DNA of 64,000 nucleotides, from assembly GCA_026023565.1 (NCBI GenBank), contig JAPETS010000007.1:868001-932000 (forward strand), in the 5' to 3' direction. Source of the stretch: Cirrosporium novae-zelandiae. Taxonomy: Eukaryota. A program made the translations under genes and the position numbers. Within the stretch, counting starts at the first letter, position 1. The number at the start of each line of letters is the position of its first letter. Shown piece by piece: positions 49,902 through 63,100 of this stretch. Under the pieces are notes generated by a model. That model searched no databases, was not told the DNA's origin, and saw only the letters and a program-made list of their open reading frames with translations.

Positions 49902-50602
49902 ATGACGACCGAAGTTGAGGCTAAAATGGAGGCTCAATTTGAATGTCCGATATTCCAAGAAGCCGACCTGCTCCCTTGGCACCTCCACCTGACCGTCACC
50001 GTATCACCATTCAGTTTTCCGCACTCGGGATTTGTCAGATTTCTTCCTGGTTCTAAACTACCGAGTTTTTGACCGATCCCCTATTAATTTGCACTAACAG
50101 CTAACCGGTATATTAGATATTCCAATTCTACCTATCTACTCAGTATCCGGAGGGCAAAATCGGGTATCTAAAGATCTTACCTGAATGCACCTGCTTCCAG
50201 GACTGTGGTCCAACAAGGTTCTGGCCCCCTCCCTGGGCGGAACCTAACTGGATCTGCATGTACGAAATATCAGGGTTCGTCAATGCCAAGCAGTGGGAAA
50301 AAATGACTTTAGCTATGCATAACTCCGCCGTTCCACTCAAGCGAATGAAGAAGGTAGGCATGTCTTCGATAGTATGGGCTGCGGATGCCCTAAAGAAGTT
50401 CGCGGCCCTAGGTTGCGTTGACCTCCGCGGGGTGGAACCTGAAGAGTACATTATGGAGCTGAAGGGATTCACGGAGAAAGAGATTTTGGCACCCCTTCGC
50501 TTAGGACAGAAGCCGGCCAGGGTTATACGCTATGATCTAACGACTTGGCTGATGGAGTGCAAGAAATCTCGTGCTGCACGTAACGTCCCTTTGAATTACT
50601 AG
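49902..50602 (+). CDS. Hypothetical protein (two exons)
   Basis: AAAATG start; branch CTAAC and acceptor TAG at 50114-16; exon 2 from 50117 is open to TAG 50602. The donor could be 50001 or 50034, both in frame. Confidence 0.5.
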
Positions 50603-50819
50603 ATGCTGTCGTTGCTGTTGTTGTTTGTCACCGTCACCGTTATGTTTATGGCTCTATTTCACGGGAGTCCTATTAAACCAAGTCAGTCCCTTGATTCTTT
50701 CTAGATCAGGCATCATCTGCTTTTGCACAAAAACATTATCATGTTAGAAATTATAATTGAATAAAACCTCGTTTAAATTTGCTTTTCTAGGATACTTGAA
50801 TCCAACCCAGTCGTGGGTA

Positions 50820-52540
50820 ATTTGCTATCCCGAGAGAGAGGGAGGGATAGTTTTATATTAACGGGCATAGATAAATAAATTAGAAAATTAGATACAGAAT
50901 AAATATTGATGCAATTAATGAATGATTAGAACTACGACATAGAGGGGAAAATATTGTGTATGGTAGATGACTGCTTGTTTAATATTGCTGTTGTCATGAG
51001 GCACTACTGGATGAATAGCATCTGGTGATATATCCTATCCGTTCTAAATACCTAGATATATAGCATCACCAATCCTTATCTCCATTTCCATCTTCACCTC
51101 CATCCTCCGTACAAACCAATACAAGCAAACTACCACTACCACCACCATCTTACCTACCTCAATACTTGGTTAAAAAAGGACAATCGAAATCCAACCACAA
51201 ATCCAACATGAAGAGAAGAAAAAGAAATAAGTACCAAGTCAAAAAAAAAATTTCTTATTATTTATTTTTCTATCTTTCTGAAAAAAAAAAAAAAGAGGAA
51301 TTGTGAGTAACTTTTTCCTTTCTCCCCCTTTTTTCTTCTTCTTTGATTAGAGAGATATTTATGAGGCGAAATACGGAGGAGGAAACTTTGGAGGTTTGAA
51401 GAAGGGTTATACGGGTTTATACTGTTAAGGATATTTATGAGAGGTGTATAATATGTATAATGTATAATGTATAACCCTCTCTCCTAACCTCTCCTTCCCT
51501 TTTTCCTTAGCTCACAAAATCACAACAAAATAACATAACATAGCATAACCCTACTCCCTCACTTATTTATACTACTCTACTCTTCCACAACAACAAAATC
51601 ACACAAACAAAACTTCCCAAAAACCAAAAAAAAAAAAAATAAGAATTAAATAATCAAACTATCAACAACGCCTTTACTTCGATTAATTAATTAATATCGC
51701 ATCTACGTGTGTGGATAGAGAAGAAGAAGGGAGGAGCACTCTATAGAGCTATTGAGAATGGAGCATGGAGGATAGAGAACGGAATATGATATGAGTATAG
51801 AGAGACTGGGAGAGAGTTGTTGGATATATACGTAGATGGGGATGGGAATAGGAATGAAAATTGAAATTGATAACTCCCCTAATCCCCCTTACCATCCTAT
51901 CCTATCCCCTCTCCCCACGCCCCAGCCCCAACCCCAATCTCAACCCCACCCAATAACAACAACCATAACAATCATAACCATCATAACCCTCCCTCCTCCC
52001 TCCTTTATTACAATAGTCTCTCAAAGTCCTAGCTACTTCCTTTCCTTCCTCCCTACCCTTCCCCCCCTTCCCATCAACAAGAGGTCGCATCAAGCGGGGC
52101 ACAACAACAAAGTCCGGTATTCGAGTCTTCGATAATTTTATCCGTAGCTATGCAGATTAGATCGTCGCAGGGGTATTCCGGGTATGTCGTCGATGTCGTT
52201 GTCGTTGTCGAAGAGGCAGAGGTGGTGGTGTTAGCGGGGAGGGCGAGAGCGATTGTTGGTAAGGAGAGGATGAGGGGGAGAATGAAAGTGGGAGTGGAGA
52301 ATTTCATTTTTTAGGGGGCTTTGTTTTTTTTTGTTTCGGTTTTTTTTTGTTTGGGAGACGTAGGTGGAAGTGGAGGTGGATTATATGGTTAGAAATTTGA
52401 TTTGAAGGCGGAGTTGCACTTGTTGTACTTTGTTGGTTGTGGTGGTGGTAGTAGTAGTAGTAATATCCGATAATCACCTTCGTATGTATGGGGAACAGTG
52501 AAGAAGAGAGGACCCTTTTTATATTCCCTTCCCTTCCTCT
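50820..52540. repeat. Low-complexity/microsatellite block
   Basis: Poly-A tracts, (TAATGTA)n, (CATAA)n, (GTA)n, C-rich and G-rich tracts surrounding the small secreted peptide gene. Confidence 0.65.
52074..52307 (-). CDS. Small secreted cysteine-rich peptide (77 aa)
   Basis: AAAAATG context; signal peptide MKFSTPTFILPLILSLPTIALA; Thr/Ser spacer; six Cys including CCC; TATAAA-like AATATAAAA upstream near 52516-52524. Confidence 0.7.
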   Translation of the reverse strand: MKFSTPTFILPLILSLPTIALALPANTTTSASSTTTTTSTTYPEYPCDDLICIATDKIIEDSNTGLCCCAPLDATSC

Positions 52541-53298
52541 CAAGTAACGTTAGAGCTGAGATTTCCAGTGGCTTAAAGATTTGTCTTGGAATATACTACA
52601 CCGCTTGACACATTACGGGGTTAATATTATGGGTGAGAAATTGTCTCTGTCACGAGGTCAATTAGAGAGAAGTTGCACAAGAATAAGCCATGTGACTTTT
52701 GTTTTGTGGCTTTGGTTCTGGCTTACCCGCTTAGCATTCGAACATGCAGACAATAAAAGTGAATCATCATCATAACCCGCTCGGCATTCGTTACTTCCCA
52801 AGTGTACTGTACCCTAAGTCAGTTAAGAAGTTGTCGGGAAGGAATATTCGTTTGAGAACGTCTCAGCCTTTTTTTGCTGCAAGGGAAATCAAATGAAAAG
52901 AAAGGATGACGTTCCCTGATGCTGGATAATATGCCAAGGGCCAAGAAGCTTGGAGGGCTTTCAGCTCGGAAATCCAATCCTGTTGCCTGAACTTGTGTTT
53001 GTGTTCGTGTTTGGAGACATTTTTTAAAAAAGACCTTGGTTCTAGATATATAAGGGACAAAAGAAAGTAGAGAAAATTAGGGGGAGGGAATCAAGTAATA
53101 ATGCGACGGGATGAAATATTTTATGTTTCGTCTTCTTTTCGTTGAAGTTGTCGTATTGATCGGATCAGATTGGTAATACCTATTCACACACACACAACAT
53201 TGCAATCATCATCATCATTCACAAGTTTCTATCTTATTTCTGCTAATCTTTCATAACCTAGCGAATTGCCCATTTGCTTTTATTTTTCCTTGGTTCAT

Positions 53299-55195
53299 TT
53301 ACCGTCTTGGCATACCCCTTCCCCTGCCCCTTCCAAGCGCCCTCTGAGCGGCCCCCGGCGGCAATGGCTTATTGGGCGCCTCCGGCTGCTTACTCTCCTG
53401 GTTTCGGATTGTCTCGTCAACGCTAAGGATCAGGCACGCAGCCTCGGTGGCGCTGCTGACAGCGTTAACCTTGACTAGGCTGGGTTCCCACACAAAGGAC
53501 TTGAAGCAATCAACTACGGTCTCGTGCGCGAGATCGACGCCAGCCCATGTGTTGCCGCGCTTATGCTCGACGCGCAGTTTGTTGAGAATAGCGATGGAGT
53601 CGATTCCAGCATTTTCGCAGAGCTGGCGGGGGATTACTTCAAGGGCTTTGGCAAAGGATTTTATGAGGGGTTGAAGTTTCGTGCGAATGTGTGTATCGGC
53701 ATAGGTGTGGAGATAGGAGGAGAGTTCCATCTAGGTTGGGGTCTTTGGTTAGTTTGCATCTGGGAAGATGGGATCCAGGTAGAATTTACCTCGACGGCAC
53801 CACCTCCAGCCACAATGCTGTGGTTTTGAATGGCACGCTTGACAATCATAATGGCATCATGAAGACTTCGTTCTACTTCGGCAATAAATTGTTCTGCACC
53901 TCCTCTTAGAACAAGAGTGCATGTCGTCGCGTTATGACATCCCTCAAAAAAGTTGAACCGCTCGCCACCAATTTGGCGCTCGTCGAAACGTTCACAGGTT
54001 CCTAAATGTTCAGGGAGAATATCCGAGCATGTTGATTGAATACTTGCACCAGTAGCTTCGCAGACACGATCGAGATCATCCGCAGCAACTCGCCCAGCAC
54101 AGAAAATATCACGGTCAGCGAAATATTGGGTTGCAAGATCACCAATGGGTAGTTTGCTCAAGACAACTTTTGCACCTGTCTTATACAGCGCCTCCATTTT
54201 ATTGTAGATAATCTGCCATTCTGCATCCACGATAGCTTGATATTCCGAGACCTGCTCAACGCGAACCTCGGCATTGTCTTTCTCACTCTTGAGTTCGAGC
54301 TCGACGTTCAGGCAAACAATTTTAGGATCGGTGAAACTTTTAGGCTGTTGTTCAAAACCAGCGTAAGAAAAGGTCTTCTTGAAGGCAACGCCATTAACAA
54401 AGAGGGAATCCTGAAGAGCACCACCAGTAATCTTTTTTATGCCAATCAATTTTTCGTTTAGGTCAGATTGGTCCAAGGAGAGGACAGCGTCAACGACCAC
54501 TAGATTTAAATATGTTAATGGTGAACTCTTTATCAAAAGGTTATGGGAGATACAAACTTTTCGTAAAAAAATCAGAATTTCTTGATATCAGCTTGCTATT
54601 CATAGCCGTAGCAGCCAGCTTTCTTAGTGTGTCATATTTATTTCCTTCGTTCGTAGTGACTGCTATCTCGTTGATCTTTTCAATGGCCATTGTAGATGCC
54701 TTTCTCAAACCCTTGATGATTGTTTGGACGCTGACACCTTGTTCTACGTGATCCTTCATCTCTTTGAGTATTTCACCCGCAAGGACTACGACAGAGGTGG
54801 TTCCATCTCCAACTTCTGCATCTTGTGATCGGGCGATGTCTGTGAGAACTCGAGCGGCGGGGTGGACAATATCAAGTAACTAAAGAAATGTTCAGCCTTC
54901 TAATCCACATGATGTACTCGAGAGATATACCTTCATAACAGTGGCTCCGTCATTCGTTATAGTTTGTTTTCCCTTGTCATCTACCAGAAGTAAATCTCCT
55001 CCATAAGGGCCCAAGGTTCCTCGAATAGTATCTTGAATGGCTATACAAGCATTGATGTTTGTAATAACCTGACCTCTGCCTTGAGAAGCGTCGGTGCCTA
55101 GTAGCAGTTTAGCAATCTGGCCATGAGAAAGATGAGGACATATATTCACCCTCTTTGAGGACAATGATTGTGGGGGTTTGTCCTCCGAAGGACAT
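53299..55195 (-). CDS. CCT7: T-complex protein 1 subunit eta (chaperonin CCT7), multi-exon
   Basis: [64 protein letters not shown], ends [11 protein letters not shown]. Confidence 0.97.
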
Positions 55196-55626
55196 GATTG
55201 CGGCGGTGGACTGCGCTCAGAAATATTTTTCAAGGCAAAGTTTGTATGATTTCCAGATTACAAGAGTCTTTTTGAACAGTCTTCTGCCAGGAGGTGAGGA
55301 GGGGAGGGTGGTTGGCAGGTTATTGAAGTTATTGCGACTGATTATCCAAATCTCAAGTTTCCATCTCAAAAATGATGGAGCTCCGCCTTCGGTAAAGATT
55401 GCCGGACCTCCAAGCTCCGCTCAACTCAACCCTATCACTATCATCGTCAATACATCACTCCCCTCCATTAATTTACAACAAGTCGAAATAAACAAGTTGC
55501 AACGACATGGATTGAATTCTGATAGAGGCTTTAAAGAATTGATGAACTCCCACCTCCTAAAAAACAAATATTACAGATGAGATACTGAAAAAGGCTCCAA
55601 GTAGCATCTTGGCTTATCCTGTTGCA

Positions 55627-56659
55627 ATGCGCCCACGGCCGTCATCATTCTTACCACAATGGCGATCCTTTCAGCAGCTACGTTCTAATGCGACGCAAGC
55701 AGCTCCCTCCCTAATAAACGTCAAGAATATCCCCGCTCCTCATCTAGGCATTATACGTATCCTGTCATTAAACCGACCAAAAGCCCGCAATGCGATATCC
55801 AAGCAACTGCTTGCCGAATTGAACTACCATGTTGATTCTATATACGAGGAGAAGGGAGTTGGGACTACAAGAGCGCTGATATTGGCTAGTGAAGTGGACT
55901 CCTGCTTCTGCGCCGGTGCGGATTTGAAAGAGAGAGCTGGGTTTACGCAGCAAGAGTAAGCCGTTTTTGCTTCATTGTCATATCAGATATCCCATACCAT
56001 CTACCACCTTATGATGATTATTCATTTCATCTACCACTTCATAACCAAGACCCGAACCCCCCAATTAACGACACCCACCAAGAACAACCCAATTCCTAAC
56101 CTCCCTCCGCCAAACCTTCACAAACATCTCCAACCTCCCCATCCCCACCATCACGGCCCTCTCCTCCGTGGCCTTCGGCGGCGGGCTCGAACTAGCCCTA
56201 ACAACCCACCTCCGCGTCTTCGCCTCCACCACCATCGTCGCCCTCCCAGAAACCCGTCTCGCAATCATCCCTGGTGCAGGAGGGACATACCGACTTCCCG
56301 CCCTCATCGGCATAAACCGAGCCCGCGATCTCATCCTCACCGGACGGAGGGTCTCCGGACCGGAAGCATATTTCCTAGGACTGTGTGATCGGCTGGTGGA
56401 GGTTCTGCCAGAAGAGGAGCTAGAAAAAAATAGGGGGAAGGCGAGGGAGAAGGTGTTGGAGGAGGCTGTGAGACTTGCCAAGGAGATTTGTCAGGGCGGG
56501 CCAGTGGCGACGGGAGCGGCTTTGAGGGCCGTGGATCAGTGTGCCCGTGGCCAGGAGGCTGAAAATGAGGCTTATGGTTCTGTGGTTGATACGGAGGATA
56601 AGCATGAGGCGTTGAGGGCGTTTGCGGAGAAGAGGTTGCCGGTCTTTAAGGGGAAATGA
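55627..56659 (+). CDS. AUH: Methylglutaconyl-CoA hydratase (crotonase family), likely mitochondrial
   Basis: LNRPKARNAIS, FCAGADLKER, AFGGGLELAL, LPETRLAIIPGAGGTYRL, AFAEKRLPVFKGK; intron 55956-56082; Arg/Ser-rich presequence. Confidence 0.92.
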
Positions 56660-56799
56660 AATAGTATTTGGTTTTGTAAGATAGGCAAGTTACTCTATGT
56701 AAGCTTCATTATGGATATAAAATATGTGGGTGAAGCACGGAATGAAATCGACGCCCTGCGATCTAGCGATCCATCGGCCTATCAAATCGGCTTCATACA

Positions 56800-57430
56800 T
56801 CCATCCCTCTTCCTTTCCATCAACTAAACCGCATCTATCCTCACATCCCACATCTCACATCTCCCATTTCCACCCCCCCCCCCGCCCCAAAGCCCTAAAA
56901 CACCACACTACACCTCTAGACCATAACCCCAATCACAATTATACCGTCAACCGAATAAACAAAAGAAGAGAGAATAAAAAAAAGAAAATCGAGAGTTTCA
57001 TTGATCTTTTTTTTTTGCCGTAGTTATTATTATTGTTATCGTTATTTTACTGTGGTACTGTATACTTTGAATATGATATGGATATAGAGAATGAAAGGAA
57101 CGTAGATGTTAGAACCTAACCCAACCCAACATTCTTTCTTACCCAACCTAATCAAAGGGGACATGCAGATATCTATGTATCCCCTAATTACTTTGAGCGG
57201 GATACCATACCCCAGTTGTTAGCTACACTGTCACAGCCCAGGGAAACAAGAAAAGGTAATTTAGGAAAAGGAAAGGGGAAAAAAAGGGGGGGGAGGGAAT
57301 TGGTGAAGGTGAGTGAATGAGTGAGTGAGTTATTATAGAGACGGGATGGAAAATGTGTGATATATTAGGGCGGGGGGTTAGTCGAGTCGAGTCAGCACTG
57401 GTTAGGAATATAGAGAGAGATATAGACTAA
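56800..57430. repeat. Low-complexity block
   Basis: C-rich then G/A-rich tracts, (TTA)n, (CCCAA)n, (GAGT)n, (GTCGA)n. Confidence 0.6.
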
Positions 57431-57534
57431 AAGCTTCTAATTAAATTCTTTTTGAGGGCTATCCAAGTGCGGTATTTACTTACTTTATTATAGGATGATA
57501 GGTAGGTTTATCCCCTTAACATCGAATTCAAATA

Positions 57535-57737
57535 CTCCTGAGCTGTCCCCGGGTGGCTACCACTAGGAGGGGAGATAAAACTGAAAGGTCAACGATAAGA
57601 TTTTGAGGCTCAATATGATTGATTCAGCAAAAAAATTAATACCTAACTCTTGCCTGAAAATAGTAATCTGATCTATCATAATCCTTTGCATGACATCGCC
57701 CTACTAGCGGTAGCCATCCGGGGGACAGTTCAGGGGG
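57535..57737. mobile_element. MITE family B copy (opposite orientation)
   Basis: Imperfect TIRs CTCCTGAGCTGTCCCCGGGTGGCTACCACTAG / CTAGCGGTAGCCATCCGGGGGACAGTTCAGGG; TA at 57533-34 and 57738-39; core GATAAGATTTTGAGGCTCAAT is the reverse complement of the family B core. Confidence 0.85.
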
Positions 57738-60118
57738 TATAATATTTTTTCCTTTCCTTTTCTGTGGCAAGTCTGGTCTAGGGCCCTCGGCCCATGGGGT
57801 TGTTGGATTGGCTGGGTGAGAAACTCTTCGTTCTGATCCGAGGTGGCGACGTGCAGGACGCTTTTGTTAACTAGCAACTTGAATTTTTCTCTCTCCGGCG
57901 ATCTTCGTGCTCAAGCCGAGGATCTAGTAGGATTAGTGATATTCTATATCTATATCATGATTAATATCTATTTTATTTCACCCTGGAAAAAGTGTTGATT
58001 CATGTTATCGGTTTATGCGATTTCTAGCTAAGGGCTTCGTTTGATAAGTAGGATGAACTTTAACCAACAACCATCTAGATGACTGTAGTCACCTTGAGGC
58101 CTGCGAGGCAGCAGACCTACGGGTAGGCACTTGATAGATGAATCAGAGAGTCCACCTAGCGGGGCTGGACGAGCCCGGTGATTATATGCGTTAGATGCTA
58201 TGCATTTATGACGTAGATTAAGGTGATTTATCCAGTAACTCGAGAGGTCTGGGAGTTCTGGAGGTTGTGTAACATACAGGGAATGCACCATGTATGTATA
58301 GCGTTTCTGGGTGGTTGTTATATGGGACCAGAATAATAACCGACAATTGCAACAGGAGAGCAATGTAGCCAAGGTTAGAGAGAAGAGATTGTAATCGAAA
58401 AGCTTTTCCGTCATTAGTACTGGAGCTCAGGGGTATTTTGGTGTAGCGTATCTAATGATCGCAAGCTCGTCGTACAGTACATTGGATCCCGAAAGATTAG
58501 CCCCTGAAGCCTCGCTCATCTACTCAACTACCCCCGTTTTTGTCAATTATATAGATGCTAGTCCAGCTCAGAGAAGAAGAAATGTGAAGCTAGACCGTTG
58601 CGTCATTTCTATCTTCATAACTTCTCTTGTACAGTGTAGCGTAGATGACAGAAGCCTGATCCCATCGGGTGGCTTGGGCAACTACCTGAGGTGAAGGTCA
58701 GATATATGCTCAAGAAGATTCAAACCAGAGCATTATCCTTAGGGAGTTAATTCCTGGACGGCACGGGCTAAGCATCATGGCAGGTTTGTTATACAACATA
58801 TTATATTGTCTTAGCAGGTTCAAATTGTGTTTTGGCGGTTGAAAGTCTGATAACTGCAAGACGTCGTATCCTTGCTTATAGGATCGATAGGCAGACAAAG
58901 CTGAAAGAAATGGACGACTCTCATGGTGTTAAACTTGCAATATTGAAAAATGATAGCTTGTCATTGGGAACAAGCAGGAAGTGGTTATTTTTTTTCATTT
59001 CTTGGTGCTTCGGGAGATTAGCAGAGTACATTGATACTGTCTGGTGAAAACTCTACTATTTGAGAACTTGAGAGTAAGCCAAAGACGATAGACAAAGAAA
59101 CCAAAAACACCGTGATTCAAATTCACGAGTCATAAGGAGAGCTAGAGATGCGAGAACATATTGAAACAAGACTGCATCTCTCAGGAATAGATGTTGGCAA
59201 AAGCAAGACAATTGCTATATCTAGCCATATCACTCTAGAACCTGTGGCACTGCTAATTCTGCAGGACTTGAAAGCATCCTCGTTAGTTAAACTATTTCAA
59301 AAAAGGAGAAGGATTAGGTTAAATGTGCTTGACTTGACCATGGGCGTTGGATGGCGAGGTTTGGTCTAAAAATAAGAATCGGGAGTGGCTGTAAGGTTAA
59401 GCGAGGGTAAGCCATAGCGGATAAATGCAGGGATCTCGATACCATATTAGGTAAGAATTCATTCCTTAGGCATCAAATTCTCCGTTTAACTGGTCTGTCC
59501 TCTGATGATCTTGCCCCGTGATGTACCCTAAACACACTTAACACCAACCTAACACAACTTAGCTACCTAGTAACTACCCAGGTACTAGCTTTTCATTGTC
59601 ACAATGCCCACCCAAAACTTTCTGAAGATCCTAACTATCAGTTTAGCACCCCAGACCACCCAGTCTCGCACTTCTAGTACCTCCCGTTAACCCTCGTCAA
59701 CCCCAATCATGCGGGTCATATCTCAATCCCCAACTTTCGGGCCTTTCCCCCTTCTTTCACTGCTCATCTGCACAATCAGGACGTACGCCCTGACAGCCCT
59801 TTTCATTTGCCCTTAAATCAAATCCATTCCACCCGGCGCGTGGCGCAGGCAGAAAAGCTTTAATAGGCAGACTATATTCGTAGGTTGAGACATACAATGT
59901 GACTGCCTGGCAGCTCCTATTAAACCCAGCTTGCTAATACGTTTTTTCTCGAATCAGAAGACATAGACCGTTGATAGATCTACTGTATCATCTTTATTAC
60001 TCCTCTTCTTCAAAACCACATTTCTTTAATATATATGGAGGGCGCCCATATTATATTTTTCATGATCCACTGATGTATATGACCATTATACGGCCCAAAA
60101 ATTCCACTTTCGACCGAG

Positions 60119-63100
60119 ATGTCCAGATCTTCGCCAGCTAGTGGACTCAATATCAAACAATTTGGATTAAGCGAAGTTTATCGCCCGGAGCATCCGCTTG
60201 TCGAGTATGTCCATTCTATTATCCATTTTTTACTACATATTTCGGAGAGAGCATAAAGCATGTGTCTATCATTTCATTCGTAACTTAAAGATTTATGACC
60301 GGAAATTTGCATCTAAATACTTGAACTCTTGCGCTTTGACTATGCGATGCCTAAAAATCATAAGGCATGATCCTTGAAGACATTGCTAACGGTTGCCTGG
60401 TTTTATAGTGTTGTCTTCGTCCATGGCCTCAACGGACATCCCGAGAAGACCTGGTCAACGAAAGATACCTTCTGGCCTAAAGATTTACTGCCGATAGCTG
60501 TTGAGGATACAAGAGCAAGAGTTTTAATGTATGGATATGATGCGAATGTAACAGCTTTTACAGATGGAACCTCGAAAGATCGAATCCACAATCATGCAGA
60601 ACATCTTGTTGCTTCGTTATATGCCAATCGCTCTCTGCGAGAGAGACCAAAGGCTACTGAAAGACCAATTATATTTGTGTGTCATTCCCTAGGAGGATTG
60701 GTAGTCAAAAGAGCTTTGATATACTCCAGTGGTCTCCATGTCAAGACGGCGCATTTGCGCTCTATTTATCTCTCGACATATGGCATCTTGTTCCTGGGCA
60801 CTCCACACAAGGGTTCCGATATGGCGAAATGGGGTGCCATGTTGGAATCTATTTGCAGAGTTTCAATGCCGACAAGTCTTGTCCATTCTCAACCACAGTT
60901 GCTTGAAGCATTGAAATCGAATAACGAGACCCTTCAGAACATTGATCGCCTTTTTGTAGACATGATGAGCAGATATCACATATTTTTCTTTCACGAGGCT
61001 AAACCAAGCAGTTTAAAGATTGGCAAGAAATTCATCGTGGAAGAGGACTCCGCCGCTCCAACTCTCGAAGGCGTGGAGCGAATGGGAATCGAAGCAGATC
61101 ACAGTCATATGTGTAAATTCGATGATGTCGATTCTCCTGGATATGAAGCTGTTGCAGAAGCCATCGTTCGTTATGCCGAAGCAGCACCAAGCGTCATAGC
61201 ACGTAGATGGAGGGAAGAACAAAAGCGTCGTTCAGACATGGCAAAGGCTGCGGCAATGGAAGCACTAGGAAGTATGTTATCCCAAGTTCTGATTTGTGGT
61301 ATTTGCAGGAGGTCTTCGTTATCACTAACAATCTTTTAGTTGATGTGACGGATCACCAATCTGCTTCCGAAGCTGCGCCCACGCCTTGGAATATATCTGA
61401 ACCTGGCACTACTGGTAAGAAAAGAAGACCAACTCTACCTGCCCCTGACCACAGGAATGATCTGGATCAGTATGAAGTTGAAGAACCTGAACCTGAATTT
61501 GTACGACGAACGTGATGGTTGTTCTAAATTGCCTACTTGCTTTACATACTTGATCTAGATCAGCCTATTTGTTCAGTTTTGCATTAAGCATACTAAAATT
61601 TTTACTTTACTATTGATATGTTAGGAGGTCAGTGTGCTGACCGGAATTCATGTTCGTAGGTAAAATAAAATATTCTCCGAGCCCCGGCTCTACGCCTTCC
61701 TTGATTACTTCCAATATTCAGACCATTGCTTCAATTGAGCCTGATCCTTTGACGAGTGCCCCTCTGCTAGTCGCTCCCGATGGATTTCGTCCAAATGATG
61801 TATTCTTTGGAATGAATAGAGAGCTTGCGAAACTTCATAAGAAAATTTTTACATTAAGGAAAAGAGAAGTTGGAACATGCGCTGTCCTCATATGGTCAAG
61901 AACTGGAGCAGGCTCGGGAAAGACTCATTTGGCTAGACAATATGTCTTCACTCATCGCATGGATTTTCCCACTGGTACTTTCTGGGTTAACGCAAGGACG
62001 CGCGAATCCCTCTATAAATCTTATTGGGATATTGCACAACAGACTACGTTTCAGGACCTCCGCTCTTCGCCCAGTGGAACCAACCAGCAGATCGCTACAA
62101 ATTTTATCGAAACTACCAAGAAGTGGTTTGAAAGCCGCGATAACTGGCTTCTTGTAATTGATGGTATTAGTCTTGAGACTGACAAAGATGTAGCCTTGCT
62201 ACAAAGATTCCTGCCTGACAGCAAAAATAGCAGCCTTATCTACACTTCGCGTGACCGAAGCCTAGCTGGTATGCACCGTCTCCTTAATCCACTGGCTGTT
62301 AATGTAAAACCACTGGGAATAGAAGATGCTCGTGCACTCTTATTTCATGGTCTAGGCTTAAAACACCCGAATCAAGAGCATATCAAAAAGGCGACCGAAA
62401 TCGTCCAGTACGTGGAATGTCTGCCACTAGCAATTCATGCAATCGCACATCGCCTCAACGCAACACGAAGACCGCTTGAAAAGTTTAATATCCTTTCTTA
62501 TTCAACTGATGCAAGACTTGCCGTACTTTACCAGGGAATAATGCAAGATCTTTGGTCGTCCGGACACTATGAAGCACAGAGTCTAATTCATCTTCTCAGC
62601 TTTTACGACCACGAGGTTCCAGTAGCAATGCTGCAATTAGGAAAAAGGGCGTTGAAAGATTTGGAAATAGACATACGATCCACCGAACATGGTGGGCTTC
62701 ACAAGGACATGGAAACAACATTTGCAATTTTGATTAAATATGGCCTGATAGATCGCACGGCGATGAAGTATGAAACACCAGACCGCAGTGCGACAGGAAG
62801 TAGTCTGCACCAAAGCCTCGACAACTCCTCTACAGCGTCTGTTACCAGAACAATCGATATCCTCAAAACGCATTCTGTTGTGCAAGGTTTCTTTCTCGAC
62901 TCGCTGAAAGCTTCAGGCAATTTCTATGAATGGCTGAAAATTGCTACAAGAGTATTTTGCAGATCCTTTCAAAAGGCTACTTTGGATATTGAAGAAAGAG
63001 GAGGATCAGGACTGGTCAAAGATTATCGCGAATACGAGATCCATGGTGGCCGTTTGATGAGTCATTATCCAAAATCTGCCAAAGTTATTCTGAAAGAGGA

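Noticed and set aside
57100..57150. Telomeric repeat or telomerase-template-like CCTAAC/CCCAAC runs
   Set aside because: Short, irregular and part of a low-complexity block; no (TTAGGG)n array.
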